DNA of 64,000 bases from Phoronis australis (taxonomy: Eukaryota; Animalia; Phoronida), in assembly GCA_002633005.1 (NCBI GenBank), contig NMRA01000224.1, positions 459,642-523,641 of the forward strand, in the 5' to 3' direction. A program made the translations under genes and the position numbers. The notes beneath the pieces are model-generated. The model worked only from the letters and a program-made list of their open reading frames with translations, did not search any database and was not told the origin of the DNA. Of the stretch, positions 1-12,595 are shown piece after piece (within the stretch, counting starts at the first letter, position 1; each line of letters begins with the position of its first letter).

Positions 1-2932
1 CCAAAGAGTCAAGGGGAAAAGGACAACTGAGGTATAGACATTTATCACGGGCGTTGGTCTCAGCCTGTCAAGTCAATTTGAACCGGCTAGCGATTGTTCT
101 GCAGGGTTAGTTCTGTTGTGACTTATTTTGTGTGCGGTAGCTACGGGAACCAGTGGCACTGTTGATTAGTAGTTTTTCCAGTAGGGATATCTTGTCTCAA
201 TCAGTTAGTCGTCAGTCTCACAACTTATTGTAATCTATAATTTGTAAATGACAACGCTGCAAATTAATAGACGTATTCTATTGTTAAAGTATTCGTGTGT
301 TGTTTTACTTATTACCACGTGCGCGCCATTTATCGGCCACAACACGCATTGATATACCACAGCTTTGGCTTTCCATTGTTGGGTGTGGTTGTTGCGATGT
401 TGCTCGATATTTCAGTATTTTTAAGAGAAATGTTCTTTGTACTTCCCCATGTGTGAATCGCAAGAAAATGGCCTAATCTTGTGAACGGCACCAGGCTATG
501 GGACAGGTGAAATTTAACCAGGTTTTTCGACGAGTTATGCTTTGACAGCAGGATTCTGCGTCGCTTTTGATTTCAACTCTCGAAAATATGCCTGTATACG
601 TTTAAAATAACTAACCACTTCTTTTCACGAATTAAGGACTTCATTAACGGTAATTTCAATCACCAGTTCGTCTCGTCTCGCAATTCATTTACACTGATTT
701 CAACGACCGAGCAAGTGAAACGACTTCTCATTTTCGATAATTTCTATACTTTTTCTTTGATTTTGGATAACAGTTTGAAAATAAAATGAGACTTTGTTAA
801 GTGATTCTCATGTAAACGTAAACTTTATGAGGGCAAATTTTATTTTCTCGAAAAGTGACTATTTGGAGACCATCTATTGTGGCTATAAAAAGAAAGTTGC
901 AAAATCAACTCCCAACATGTTCTTATTTTTTATCCAATCAGTGGTACCGAATGGACACTTTTGCGCCAACGCCCAGCTGGCCCTCCCGATCGCCCGACTA
1001 TCGGCATTCATTTCATTGTGAAAGAATGTTGCCCGTTGCATGATGTTATCTGTGTCCTACAGCAACATTTTATGGCCGAGCTTTGCCCAGTTACAGAAAC
1101 AGGCGCTCGAATTTCCCGATCACTCATAACCATATAAGAAACATAAAGGTTGGAAACTAAAACTTAGCCTAGCCGAGGCTCACAACTTCAACCGTCCCAA
1201 ATCCAAATAAAATCTGCGTACATCTCCTTCAGACTGCTATTATATAAACGTTCGAAGCCTTATCTTTCCTGGATTTCATTAAATTATCCCTGTGAGTGGT
1301 GAATTGGCGACGAAATTTTCAAAACAAATTCAAAAGTATGAATTCAAGGCCCTAAAATAGTTAACAATGGGAATTTCAGTTGTGCTTTAACTTGTACGCC
1401 TGTCGAAAATAAAATTTCGAGTTTGAGCAAGCAACCCCTATGTCAAAGTCAAGAAATTTATCCCCAATGTCAATGATTGGGGTTATTAAAATTAACCTTG
1501 CGCTTAAATATAATATAGCTCATTTCAAGCCTTAACCTAGAATTTAATTGCAAGAACCGGCGTATCTTGTGTTTAATCTTGACATTATGTGCTATTCTTT
1601 GTTAAAGCACAACGAACACTCGGTTTTGGCGGACATTTCCGATGTCTAACCAAGCGTTTAGTCGCAATAAATCACCATCAGTAAATGCCAGATTTCGCAG
1701 TAGGCCAGCGTTATAAGCCAGCAACCTGTGGTACCACAGTTATAAACAACGTTGTTTTGCATAACCAGAGCTTAATTACATTCAAACTGAAACTAAATTA
1801 TGTGGAGGGCACTCAAATAACATTCGTGGGCGCGCGAAAACAGAGCTCAGGAATTGCGTCGCGAGCGTCCGCCAAGAACCCGGATGCTCGAAGGTCGTCT
1901 GACATGAAGTCTTACGTCACGGAATAAGGTCCTTGAATTTGTGATTTTGGCGTTTTTTGACGTTTTTGTCTTCAAATCACCACTCGAAGGAAATTTGAAG
2001 AGATCAAATGAAAGAAGGTATTCCAAGATTTGTTCGATGCTAATTTCGCGGAGTTCCATGCTCATTTGAGTAGAAAATTTTGAGCAAACAGATTTTGAGG
2101 GTCCAACCTTTACGTTTTCTTAGTGAGTGACGTCAGTCGTGAGCGAGGAACAGATAAACTCAAGCGCCTGTGGTTACAGACACTCGAATCTCCCAATGAA
2201 TAAACCATTTGAGAATCAGTCTTAGTAGATTCGAGGACCCATGGTGACTGCATATAATTCTTATGGAATTATTTTCCGACCAAACTGATGATCGTTGGCA
2301 ACATATCTCAAACCAGGACGTTTCAACAAACTAATTTATTGATTAATAAAAATTCTAAGGAAGTTTTTGCAGCCGTGTTGAAAGCTGTTTAACAATCAAA
2401 TCATATAATCATTAATTTTACACTCACCTTGACAAAGTACAGAAGTTGTACATACTTTCAAAAACAAAGTCACCCATAATATTTGCCTCATCGCTCTCCA
2501 TTCCATTTTTATTCAAGCAGACGTCGTAAGTCGCGTGTGGCTTTCAAGTTATGGCATGTTTGCGCGTGGGGAATGTGTGGAGTTTCCAAAAAAACTTTTA
2601 ATATTCCCTGAGTGTGTTCAGGTAGCACAAACGGACTTGCCTACTTAGGACGGAAATACTCAGTAAAACAACGCTTAAAGAGGGTTAGGAGTCCATATAT
2701 TGAAAGCGTACATATCACACTCGAATCAAGCCTAAGTACTAACATGCACGCGTGAATACATTTATACGAAGAAATAACACAACGAATATAACTGCACAAA
2801 AATCAAACCCTTTGAAAGAACTTTTTCACTTGAAAATTTGACTTTTTACTATACGCTTGTCTTTCCGTCATTTATACTTTTTACCTTTGCTTAAACTCAT
2901 GAACTAAAGCATTCTTTTAGATGACTGGCTGG

Positions 2933-4322
2933 TCTTATGGTCTAGTAGAAAGCCAATATGTTTGTGCGTGAATTTATTGGGAATAACTTCCCCATTGAGT
3001 GATAATTCCAGCGTTTGATTTGTTTGGGAATGAGTATTATTAGACTTAGAAAATATAAGATCAACATTATTTTCAGGTTTAAATTTCATCTTCCATTTGT
3101 AAGACCAGTCATAGAGTTTTTTAAGGTCAGTTTGCAATTGTAAGGAGTCATGGGGATGGTCTTTTCAGAATGGGTCGAAAATTGTAGTGTCAGCAGCATA
3201 TAAGAATGTTTTAGAGTTTATTGTGTCTGGAAGATCACTGATGTACAATGAAAAGAGCAAGGGGCCTAGTACGATACCCTGTGGTACTCCAGCATTTACG
3301 AAACCTGGCGTTGATGAAAGGGATAAGACACCTTCAATTCGGACTTTGGTAAGTTTGATTTTCCAGATATGATTTTAAAAGTAAGAGGAGAGTGCCTGAG
3401 AAACCGTAAGATTGTAATTTATGTAGAAGCAGGTCATGGGGAACGACATCAAAAGCTGACGCAATGTCTAAAAATACGGATCTCACGTTGTACCCTTGCT
3501 CAAACTGGAGGTGGATGTCGTGTACAATTTCTGGAAGTTGTGACACAGTGCTGTTACCAGGCATGAATCCAAATTGGCGACGATATATGAGGTTTTGTGA
3601 AGAGAGGTGGTAAAACATGTGTTGAGAAATGATTTTTTCTAAAATTTTGGATAAGGTGTTAAGTAGAGTTATGGGGCGATAGTTGGCAATGTCTGTTTTG
3701 GAGTTCTTTTTGTGTATTGTTATCATAATGCCAAGCTTCCAGTTCGAAGGAAATTTTCTAGATTGTAGTATTTTGTTGTATGATGTTGTCAGAGGAAGTG
3801 TAAGGTCTCTTGCTATTATCTTGATCATTTTATTGGTTATGAGATTGGTACCGTCGTTTTTGTTTTCGTCAATGTTTTCTAGTAGTTTTCTGACTTCAGA
3901 TTGTTGGGCTTGTATGTCAGAGAGGTGTTCTGTGTTTGGGAATTCTGGAAAGTTTATTGTTGGTGCACTGTGACTCTTGGCGGTGAAGTAGTATAGAAAT
4001 AACTACTTACTTTTATCAGCTTTGGATGACGCCTGGAAGTTGGAATCATTTGAGCGAATGGTAGGGTATGATGATTGCTTTACCTGTCCTCGAATTTTGT
4101 TTACTATCTCCCAATATTCCTTAGAATTTTTGGAGACATTTTTGATATTGGCGATAACTTTCATCATATAGTCTTGCTTTGTCTTTTTAATTAGTTCTTC
4201 CACACTCTTGCACTGTTCTTTGTAGCACTTGAACGTGCATGGATTATTTGATCTTCTGAACGATCTGTACAGGTTATTTCTTATATTTATTTCACACAAT
4301 GTTATTGTTAAACCACGGTTTG
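2933..4322 (-). mobile_element. CR1/L2-group non-LTR retrotransposon fragment (reverse transcriptase region, frameshifted)
   Basis: Minus-strand ORFs carry RT motifs [48 protein letters not shown] and LYAAD. Bases 4020-4322 are nearly identical to the reverse complement of about 36537-36834. Confidence 0.9.
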
Positions 4323-5564
4323 ACGGTTTCTTTAGCTCTTTTTCAGAACTGAGTGTATGCCAGGACGGGAACAGAATATCGGAAGGATGCAGAATAAATG
4401 AGAAAAACGGGGTTCGGGTGTCAAGGAAAGGCCAGTTGTAAACTGGTTGTAAATAAGTGTATTTGTTTAATATCCTATTGGCACACTAAGCCAAACCGTG
4501 CAACGAATAGCAATTTTTGAAGAGTACATTGTAATTTGTAGTCATTTCCGCACTTAATATGTCAAATGAAGAATTTATTTTATACCTGGAATTTAATATT
4601 CCAGTTTTCCGTGCAAAAAATTATCTAGAAGTGGGTATACTCTCAGCGTTCGACACCCGACGTAACATTGGCATTCTAGTGACCTTTTTCATTTAGTGTG
4701 ATAGCTGAAATGGATTGTGGGACACCGATGCCTCTATGTTCGGTAAGGAAACACAAGCTAGTGCTAACTTAGTAGTGACACTGATGTTGCAAGCTGTTTG
4801 AAACCAACATGAGAAAACACCTAAATTTACAACCAACAGACGGCACGGAATTCTAATCTGTGTCATGACCTTGGTTTTGACGTAAATATTATGGTAATGA
4901 GCGGGTTACGACTTTCCGACGATCGCAATCGCTCTGAAAAGGAACTCTCGGTTATAGTGAAACACGGCAGCATTAAGCGAGACGCGGAAATCTTGCGAAA
5001 ACGCAAGACTTCGTGAGATGCGTATGGCAAGCGAAGTTTGTGATCACACTATCTGTGCCAGGGTGATTCTTGCGTCTACGAATCTCAACCCTGAGGGCAA
5101 GATGATATTTGTTGGCTTGTAGACGAATTAACGTATCATGAAAGATCAGGGCCCGAAATGTAATCTTTATAATCGAAACAAACACGAAATTATTTTCGGC
5201 AAATTCTCTGCTACTTTTGTGCGAACTCAAGATAAGTGGTTATTACACTGTGCTCAAAATACATTATAGTTTACACATATGAGTTTCTAGTCCACGTTTG
5301 CACTTGATGGCCCTTAATTATATTCGTGCTACAAATTCGAGTAAAAACTCGAAATTTCGAGTTCACACTCGAACTTTTAGCCTTAAAGTTGGGTTTATCA
5401 ACTGCAAACTAGGACTAAAAATTATCCACGTAAGTCATAATTATGTACTCGAGCATAGAATAATAAACACTTATTGGGGACAAATAAAACAAGACAAGAA
5501 TAATGTATATTTTAGGATGTATTGGTAATTTCAGGGTCACGGTTCTACGATTAGTTATTTTACA

Positions 5565-5840
5565 GATGGTACCAGATGGGTACCTTAATTATAAGAGATA
5601 ACATACACATTTACGATACCCAATGTGTAATTGAGTATCGGATACTAAGTGGCACAGGAATAGTTCCACATCGGTACATAATACCAAATGGATACAAAAT
5701 ACCAATTGGGAATTGGCTGACTGCCTACCAAGTGGTTCGAACAAACCGGCAAATTCAACAATAAGTACCAAATGGGTACAAACTGTCAAATGGGCACATA
5801 TATAAAGTACCAAGTGGATACACAAAACAGCCAACTGGGC
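5565..5840. repeat. Degenerate short-period tandem repeat (unit about 20 bp, taccaaatgggtaca-like)
   Basis: Recurrent taccagatgggtac / taccaaatggatac / taccaattggg / taccaagtggatac units. Confidence 0.6.
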
Positions 5841-6483
5841 TATAACAACCAGGCAAAGCAGGTTCCTGACAAGGTGAGTGAGAAGTCCAGCCGGAGTGAT
5901 AAAGGAGATATTATTGTAAGGAACGTGGTGTTGTGGCTCGTTCGCACAAATGTAGAGTAGAAAATGCCACACATAACGTCGAGTTCTATTTCGTGTAAAG
6001 AGATTAGAACCCGGGATGATATTTGTGGGCGTGTAGAAGAGTTTAGGCTTACGTAACAATAAAGATAGAAATTATCATGTATTGAGTTACCAGATATGTA
6101 GCTATTTTTATTGACTTAATTATTAGATTTGTCACATGATAGTCCACGTAGTTCGAAATCGTCATTTTCTTTACCCGAGAGTAAGATTGAGTAGGGTTCA
6201 ATAACGCTGGTGCCTCACTAGAAAAGATATCATCGAGTATTTTCAGTAAGAGTACGGGATTTTGGCTAGATTTTTTGGCCGCTAGACAGTTAGTGAACTC
6301 CACCCAGGTAATGATCGATTTTAACCCTGGACGCCGAGTTCCGGTACCACAAATGAGTTGAAGATGAAGTACATTAGATTAGACAGAGAAGCGACATGTG
6401 ATAAGGTGACCGGTGAAAGCCAGTATTGGGGCAATATGACAATAAATTATAACATTATGCGGGTTATATTATTCAGCCCTTAA

Positions 6484-7331
6484 AGGAGAATTCCACCCGA
6501 TTTAATTGGTCTATATCCACCTCGCCTCTTATACGGTCGACCTCACCTTGCCGAGAGATGTCCTGTTGACCTGTGAGGAAGGTGAGAAGCGACGCACAGA
6601 CGTCAGTGGTTCATCTGCAGAGTGAATGCCTCTATGATGCGGTGCATCGTTCTCGCATGTCCGAACTACTATGAAGCTGCGAAGAAAGCGGGCGTGCGTT
6701 CAGTAGACGCTAGGACCTACCTAAAACCTAGTCAAAGTCACGTGTTCTTATTTACAATGCACGGCAATATCTCAAGTAATCTCGCGAAGTCTTGATTTCT
6801 AGCGAGGTCCTAGCGTTACTGAACGGGAGGCGGGTAAATCATTTTTCAACTTCCTCGAGAGGCCGAAATGCTTAGGAAGTGGCTCGCGGTAGTTAAGAAT
6901 GAAAAGTACGCTGTTAATAGCAAGTATGAGGCCGTGAAACATCTCCGCGTCTGTGGCCGGCATTTCGTAGACAGTGATTTCTCTGACGAATTCCGCCTTA
7001 CCAAAGAACTATCCATACGTTCCGTTGCCTGTGCATGTTCACAGCGCCTCTCTAGTATTTCTTGGTCAGTGTATTCCAGTTCGAACTGACAGCCTGTGAA
7101 ACCTAACGATCCGACCCGTGAAGTCTTCGTCGGATGAGCTCTCGACTAAGTTGGGATTGGTGCAGGGCGAGGTACTTTCAAATAATTGTAAATCCATAAC
7201 AGTGAAACAAAACAAAACATTTGTGCAAGAACTCGATGTATTTGTAAGGGGTTTACATCGAATTTTGATGGTTTATTGGTGTAAACAATGAATTCAAGCG
7301 ATAAGTTGACACCAGTAAGCGTGTTGTGAAC
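6484..7331 (+). mobile_element. Truncated non-autonomous Kolobok-type DNA transposon with THAP-domain remnant
   Basis: Starts TTAA|AGGAGAATTCCACCC and is homologous to 22268-23922. THAP remnant MLRKWLAVVK...HLRVCGRHFVDSDF. Right end missing. Confidence 0.75.
6693..6829. mobile_element. 137-bp MITE inserted in the THAP remnant
   Basis: Inverted ends cgttcagta(g)acgctaggacct / aggtcctagcgttactgaacg, flanked by a GCGGG duplication. The homologous site near 22491 has a single GCGGG. Confidence 0.7.
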
Positions 7332-7536
7332 GAGCCCCCAAATTTGGCGAAGTGCACAAAAAGATCCGCCTCAGAGAAAAAAAAACGAGACAAAAGCACA
7401 CTAAAAAGGCACCAATGCACAATTTATAGCGCTGAACGTGGTCCCCCGTTTTTTAAGTCCCACGCTGTTTTTGTAGGTAAAGGTACACATTGTCAAAAAT
7501 TCGAGCCACCTATATTTTAGGCTGGGTGCACGCATT
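7332..7536 (-). repeat. Short interspersed repeat (MITE-like)
   Basis: Reverse-complement match to about 24371-24556. A related end occurs at about 31850-32077. Confidence 0.6.
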
Positions 7537-8498
7537 GTCTTAATGTATTGCACTGTCCAGATAGTCCTAGAAATGCTACAGCAATACAAGAAAACGCCAT
7601 TTAAATACTCAAGCGCATTCATGTCACCATGAGATAACAGAAAACAAAGGACGGCCATTAGCAGTAGTTATGACAATGTCGCCGGTACTCTCAGTAGACG
7701 TCGCTGGTGCGAGAGCATACGGAATGGAACCTCATTGTGTGAGCGTCTTTCGTACCTGTTTGAATTAACTGAGGATTCTCGATCTAACGTAGACTACATG
7801 TAAGTCGGACAATAAGCCTATCCGTTTATTACATTCTGCAATTCCCGACTTCTGTGTTGTCAGCACTTTAAACATCATTATTTAACCTCAATTTACACAT
7901 GTTGCCGCTCACGGAATGTTTATTGTGATTTTCAAGGCAAGTGGGTTCATTTTGTTTCCCAAAAGACACGAGTCGGCATTAATATGCGTTTATCGGCCAT
8001 CGTTTGATACCGCCTGCCCATGATGTGGAGATCCGACTCGTCTAGAGTGACCCTTTAGAAAGACTCGTGACACTTAGTAAATATCAAATCATCGTGTTAA
8101 ACTTTATTTTATGATCAACACAAGTCATGTAACACTAAAATATTTAAAAGATACATACATATCGGCGACTTAGACGACATTTAGTTCTCAACAATCAAGA
8201 AGCATTAAATAAAGCTTCCGGAAAACGATACCCTGAAAAGTGAAAAGTTCCTCAAAAGTATTGCGTAGTACCTCGCTAAAAGGCTTTTGACTAAAGGGGA
8301 ACTTTGTCGATGAAAAGCATCTCGGACATCACGTGATGTTGTTCGTGGCCATAGCAACTGGCAATTTTATTGAAATAATTCAAACGCTTTAAGGAAATTT
8401 TCAGATAATAAACACATACTGTAAATTTATACGTGGACAGGACTGACAAAATTCAAAACACCAATGGATTTGGCAATGTAGAACGCGCTACAGCGCTG

Positions 8499-8734
8499 GG
8501 TCCCGTTCCAAGAAACTGACATAAGTTCATTTTTTACTTAAGTCTAAGATTTGTCTCAAATTCCGAACTTTGAAACTTCTTTATCTGATAAGATATTCAA
8601 ACTTAAGACAAAACTTAAGTCGAACATGGGATCTCTTTTTTGAAATGATCTTGAGACAGATTTAAGTCTTATCTTAAAATTGACTGAAAGTTAAAGATCA
8701 GTCTTAGCTAAGTCAGTTTTCGTGGAACGGGGCC
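8499..8734. mobile_element. PIF/Harbinger-like MITE
   Basis: TIRs ggtcccgttccaagaaactgac / gtcagttttcgtggaacggggcc, with CTG on both sides (3-bp CWG TSD). Confidence 0.75.
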
Positions 8735-8884
8735 CTGTTCTTCGATTTTTTTACCTTTCCATGAGAAGTGAGACTATAGCGATTTAACAGAAACTAGATC
8801 CTTTACATTCTTTCAGATGTACTGCACAACAAGAGCCACCTGTAGGAAACAAAGGCATCCTTCATGTATCACTGAATAATTACT

Positions 8885-9765
8885 TACGGTTGGTAGAGTA
8901 CACGTAGATTAATTCTTATTTACACAACGAAGCAAAACGCTGTACCTTAGCTGTTTCGGCTACTCACAGTAGCCATCTTCGGAAGCTATTGGACACCAGG
9001 TAGCGTGGTGATAAGACTGTTACAAATTTAGATAACTTATACCCCCATCGTCCCTGTTCATAGCTGAGCCACTTTTTCTGACCCAAATAAGCTCTCTTAT
9101 CCTTCTGCATCTGGAGTTATTTTCCGACTCAACAGGACGGGTGTCTCCACAGTTAATTACATGATTAAAGCCAAGAGCAGGATCAGTCACTACAGATTTG
9201 TTAATGGTATTCTGAGACCATCTCCTATCTAAACTTGTGACTATGCTGAGATAGCTCACCCACCTCTTTTTTGTGTTCGTTAAACCTGACTGAAAACTAT
9301 CGCCCAGTCTCCCCCGATGTATGCAGACTCACACCTGAAGCAAGGAATACGATAAATACACTGGCATTTCTTATCCTCTGCACTTATTCTGTCTTTGGGA
9401 TGAACTGAAATGTTCCTGATGGTCTCACACTGCCTCATGGCAGTGACGATGCCATATTGTCTGAACAACTTTGTACAGATTCCGAAAGACCTTTTACATA
9501 CAGGATGACGACATTTCTTTTTCTCTTCTCTTCCGGTTGACGATTCCTTCCGATAGAATCCACATTTGACAGCGTACACTTGAGATAACCACATTTAACT
9601 AACGCATATTCTATATGTTTTTCTTCAACAGCCCTATCTTCATCGTGTGTTAGTATACTTCTAGAGCGTTCAAACAAAGTTCTAATAACTCCCGACTTGT
9701 GGTGCACAGGATGGTGCGGGTTAACGTTGGGGTATTGGTCAGCGTGAGTAGACACTCTCATTTTT
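8885..9765 (-). mobile_element. Penelope-like element 3' part (RT thumb plus GIY-YIG endonuclease), degenerate
   Basis: THADQYP..HHPVHHKSGVIRTLFERSR, VHPKDRI, CIYRIPCFRCESAYIG and RRIRELIWVRK are typical Penelope motifs. Confidence 0.85.
8943..8988 (-). ncRNA. Minimal hammerhead-ribozyme-like motif, degenerate
   Basis: Minus strand reads tagctt CCGAAGAT GGCTACT-gtg-AGTAGCC GAAA CAGCT aaggta: variant core, perfect stem II, GAAA box. Confidence 0.65.
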
Positions 9766-10332
9766 AGGCATTACAGCGTTCTGTCGTTCAGTAACTTTTC
9801 CAGACCTGAGGGGTGCTGAACGTGCGTTAACATCTGGCTCTTTTGTTAACTGCCCAGCTCAGTCTTTTGTCCCGTATGATAACAAGCAGGCCAATTGTCT
9901 CCCAGGCTTCAAAGGAAACGTATGGTCGTTGCACGCTATTACCGAACCCGTATGAACACAGTCAATCTCAGTGCGTTGGTAATCCGTTTGGACAGAATAG
10001 ATTGTCTTAACTTCTGTTGTAGTTGGGCGATTTTAGTGATTCAAAAACGGAACATGATCAGCATTTGACGAGGAATTCAGAAATGCTATTGGTTTAAGCT
10101 CAAATATGTTATAACTTAACTTTCATTTTTATCAGCCCAACCCAGTCAGGTTAGATATGATCTGATCGAAGATTAGAGAAATTATCGAACAAAAGAGCGC
10201 AGGCCCTCCAACCATAAATTCCAGATTGGAGTTAATCAGTCGCGTAGGATATTGGCTACGGGGGTAAACTTCCCAACTTGTTGTTGGGCTAGTAGAATCG
10301 AACAAGTTGGGAGCAACGGGATGTCGCCGTCA

Positions 10333-10765
10333 TGAAGGACGATGGTAGCCTCAGACTGCTGGTATATCGCAAATCTACTCAGGCTTAACGAACACAAAAA
10401 GGAGGTGGGTGAGCTATCTCAGCGTAGAGTCACACGTTCAGATAGGAGATGGTCTCGGAATATTATTAACAATCTGCAGTGACTGATCATGTTCTTGGCT
10501 TTGATCATGTAGTTAAGTGGAAAGACGCCCGTCTTGTTGAGTCGAAAAATAACTCAAGATCCAGACAGATGAGAGAGTCTATTTGGGTCTGAAAAGTGGC
10601 TCAGTTATGAACAGGGACGATGGGGGTATAAGTTATCTAAAATTTGGAACAGTCTCATCACCACGCCACCTATAGTCCAATAGCTTCCGAAGACGGCTGC
10701 TGTGAGTGGCCGAAACTGTCAAGGTACAACGTTTTGCTTTGTTGTGTTAATAAGAATTAATGTAC
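10333..10765 (+). mobile_element. Second, inverted and internally deleted copy of the same Penelope-like family
   Basis: DGSLRLLVYRKST is joined directly to RLNEHKKEV. Bases 10381-10765 match the reverse complement of about 8900-9287. Confidence 0.8.
10681..10726 (+). ncRNA. Minimal hammerhead-ribozyme-like motif, degenerate
   Basis: tagctt CCGAAGAC GGCTGCT-gtg-AGTGGCC GAAA CTGTC aaggta; retains the GUC cleavage triplet. Confidence 0.65.
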
Positions 10766-10826
10766 ATCCTTCATCAATAAATGTAACTTCCTTCTTCATC
10801 ATTATGTCACAATTTTGCGACACCAG

Positions 10827-10971
10827 GGCTCAGTTGCATAAAAGTGATACGCTGTTTCGCAACAATGACGTCGCATTATCACGCGCCACGTAGTTATTTT
10901 AATTGTTGAACAATGCTCCTGACGTCAACAACTTATCCAGCGGATAACCTTGTAGGTTTCTGCAACCAGCC
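10827..10971. mobile_element. Probable Harbinger-like MITE
   Basis: Imperfect TIRs ggctcagttgcataaa / tttctgcaaccagcc; flanks CAG and CAA. Confidence 0.45.
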
Positions 10972-11430
10972 CAAGCGAACGGCCTGTCACCAGAACTAAA
11001 CCAATTCAAGTGCTAGTCTGGATCGAAGATTTATTCATAAGTTTTCAGTCATGGTTTACGACTGGTGATGATCAGAGTTTAATATCTCTTTAACTTTATA
11101 TCCCGACAAGGCAAGACTCTTAAAAAGTCAATATGTTATTCACCAACACCCTCACGACTGCGATATAATGAATGATGTGTTTCACTTTCAAGCGCCGTAA
11201 ATGTAAATTAGATGCAGGTGTCCACTGTTGTATTTTTATCCGTGGTGACCGCTGAGCACTTTAGGCAGATGCCAGTGTTGCCCAACTTCACAAGTTCCGT
11301 GTCTGGAATATCCGAAGGTGACGAGGCGAATAACAAGGACCTCGGAAACCTAGTCGTGCGGTTAGTAACAGAAGTAGCATAAATGAGCCTTGCCATGCAC
11401 ATCAGTCGCACAGCGACAGTCCTATTAACA

Positions 11431-11502
11431 TCATGCGTGCCTGTTAAGCTTCCCCTTGACAGCTGGCGACGTTCTGTTTGCACACTGGAACTCAAGATAG
11501 TG
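11431..11502 (-). CDS. RTK candidate terminal coding exon (HYLEFQCANRTSPAVKGKLNRHA*)
   Basis: Strong acceptor (tactttctattgcag) in phase 0, matching the 21169 donor. The junction TNQ|HYLEF parallels FGFR1 SNQ|EYLDL. Confidence 0.55.
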   Translation of the reverse strand, partial: HYLEFQCANRTSPAVKGKLNRHA

Positions 11503-11998
11503 CTGCAATAGAAAGTATGTAGAGTTAGTTAAGGTAATTGATCAGGGCCTACATGTGTAGCGAAATGAGGGACGATTTCTCTCACATCTGGCGAAGTATT
11601 TCATCACACTAAACTTCTCACAAAAGTTAGGATATCAATTTTTGAATGTTAAATGTTTGTTATTTTTGTTCATTATTATAGTCGCAAGACTTATTTTTCC
11701 TTTTTGATTCAATCATGCGACTTTCCATCATAAGTCCCAGGGATAGATGTAAAATTTCAAGATGTAATTTTGGGCTGTCATATACCATTCCCAGATCACT
11801 GGAAAATTCTTCCACCATCTTAAATATTTAATTAGACATAGTAAACAAACCACTTCATGTGCGTTTCCAACGTAAATGGACGGGAGAGTGAGAGCTGTTC
11901 ACACCAAGAGTTTTCAAAAGTTGAATGGCTACACAGCATTTTCACAAGCTTATTTTTCTTCTGGAGAAGTACGTTCGATCGATTTGGAGCGCAATTTA

Positions 11999-12088
11999 CA
12001 TGGGTGGCGCACCATGTGATGTGGGCGGCGCACCACAGAGAGCTAGTGGGCTATAGCCCGACTTATTTCAGTGTTGCGCCGCCCATGA
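11999..12088. repeat. Short MITE-like element (CATGGGCGGCGCA...TGCGCCGCCCATG family)
   Basis: Inverted ends and a gggctatagccc core; related copy at 45840-45988. Confidence 0.5.
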
Positions 12089-12442
12089 TTTAAAACAGAC
12101 AAAGAACTTAAGTCACCCCGGCGTCGGCTGACCAGCGAAGTCTAGATCTGGTGATAAAGAGTTCCCACTTTCGATTATAACGAACCGTAAACCTTTGACA
12201 TTTTCATGATTCATGTGATCAAACAAAGAGTATTTGGAACGAAAAGTGGCACAGATATTCGAAATGGAAAGAAAAGTGTGTCAAGCGGCTCGAGTCACTT
12301 TAGCTTAGGTTTGGTTCCCTGCTATCTTCGATAACATGTGTTACATTCGAGTATACTTATTTCATTTAAAGAATACAGTAAACCTCGGTAAAGTGGAACA
12401 GTTGACCTAGCATTAATTTCTTAATAAAGGCTTACGTGTTCA

Positions 12443-12595
12443 AGGTCGGATCCAGGATTTTGAGTTGGGGGGAAGGGCAGAGTATTAGCCAGGATTTTGC
12501 ACGTCAGACATTTGCACCCCCGAACTGCCAAATGGAATCTGGCAAAATTTTAGGGTGGCATGGCCCCCTTGCCCCCCCCCCTTAAATCCGCAACG
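12443..12595 (+). repeat. Short dispersed repeat (GGCGGATCCAGGATTTT...AAATCCGCC, Harbinger-MITE-like)
   Basis: Homologous to about 14151-14296 and to about 26953-27108 (inverted). Confidence 0.65.
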
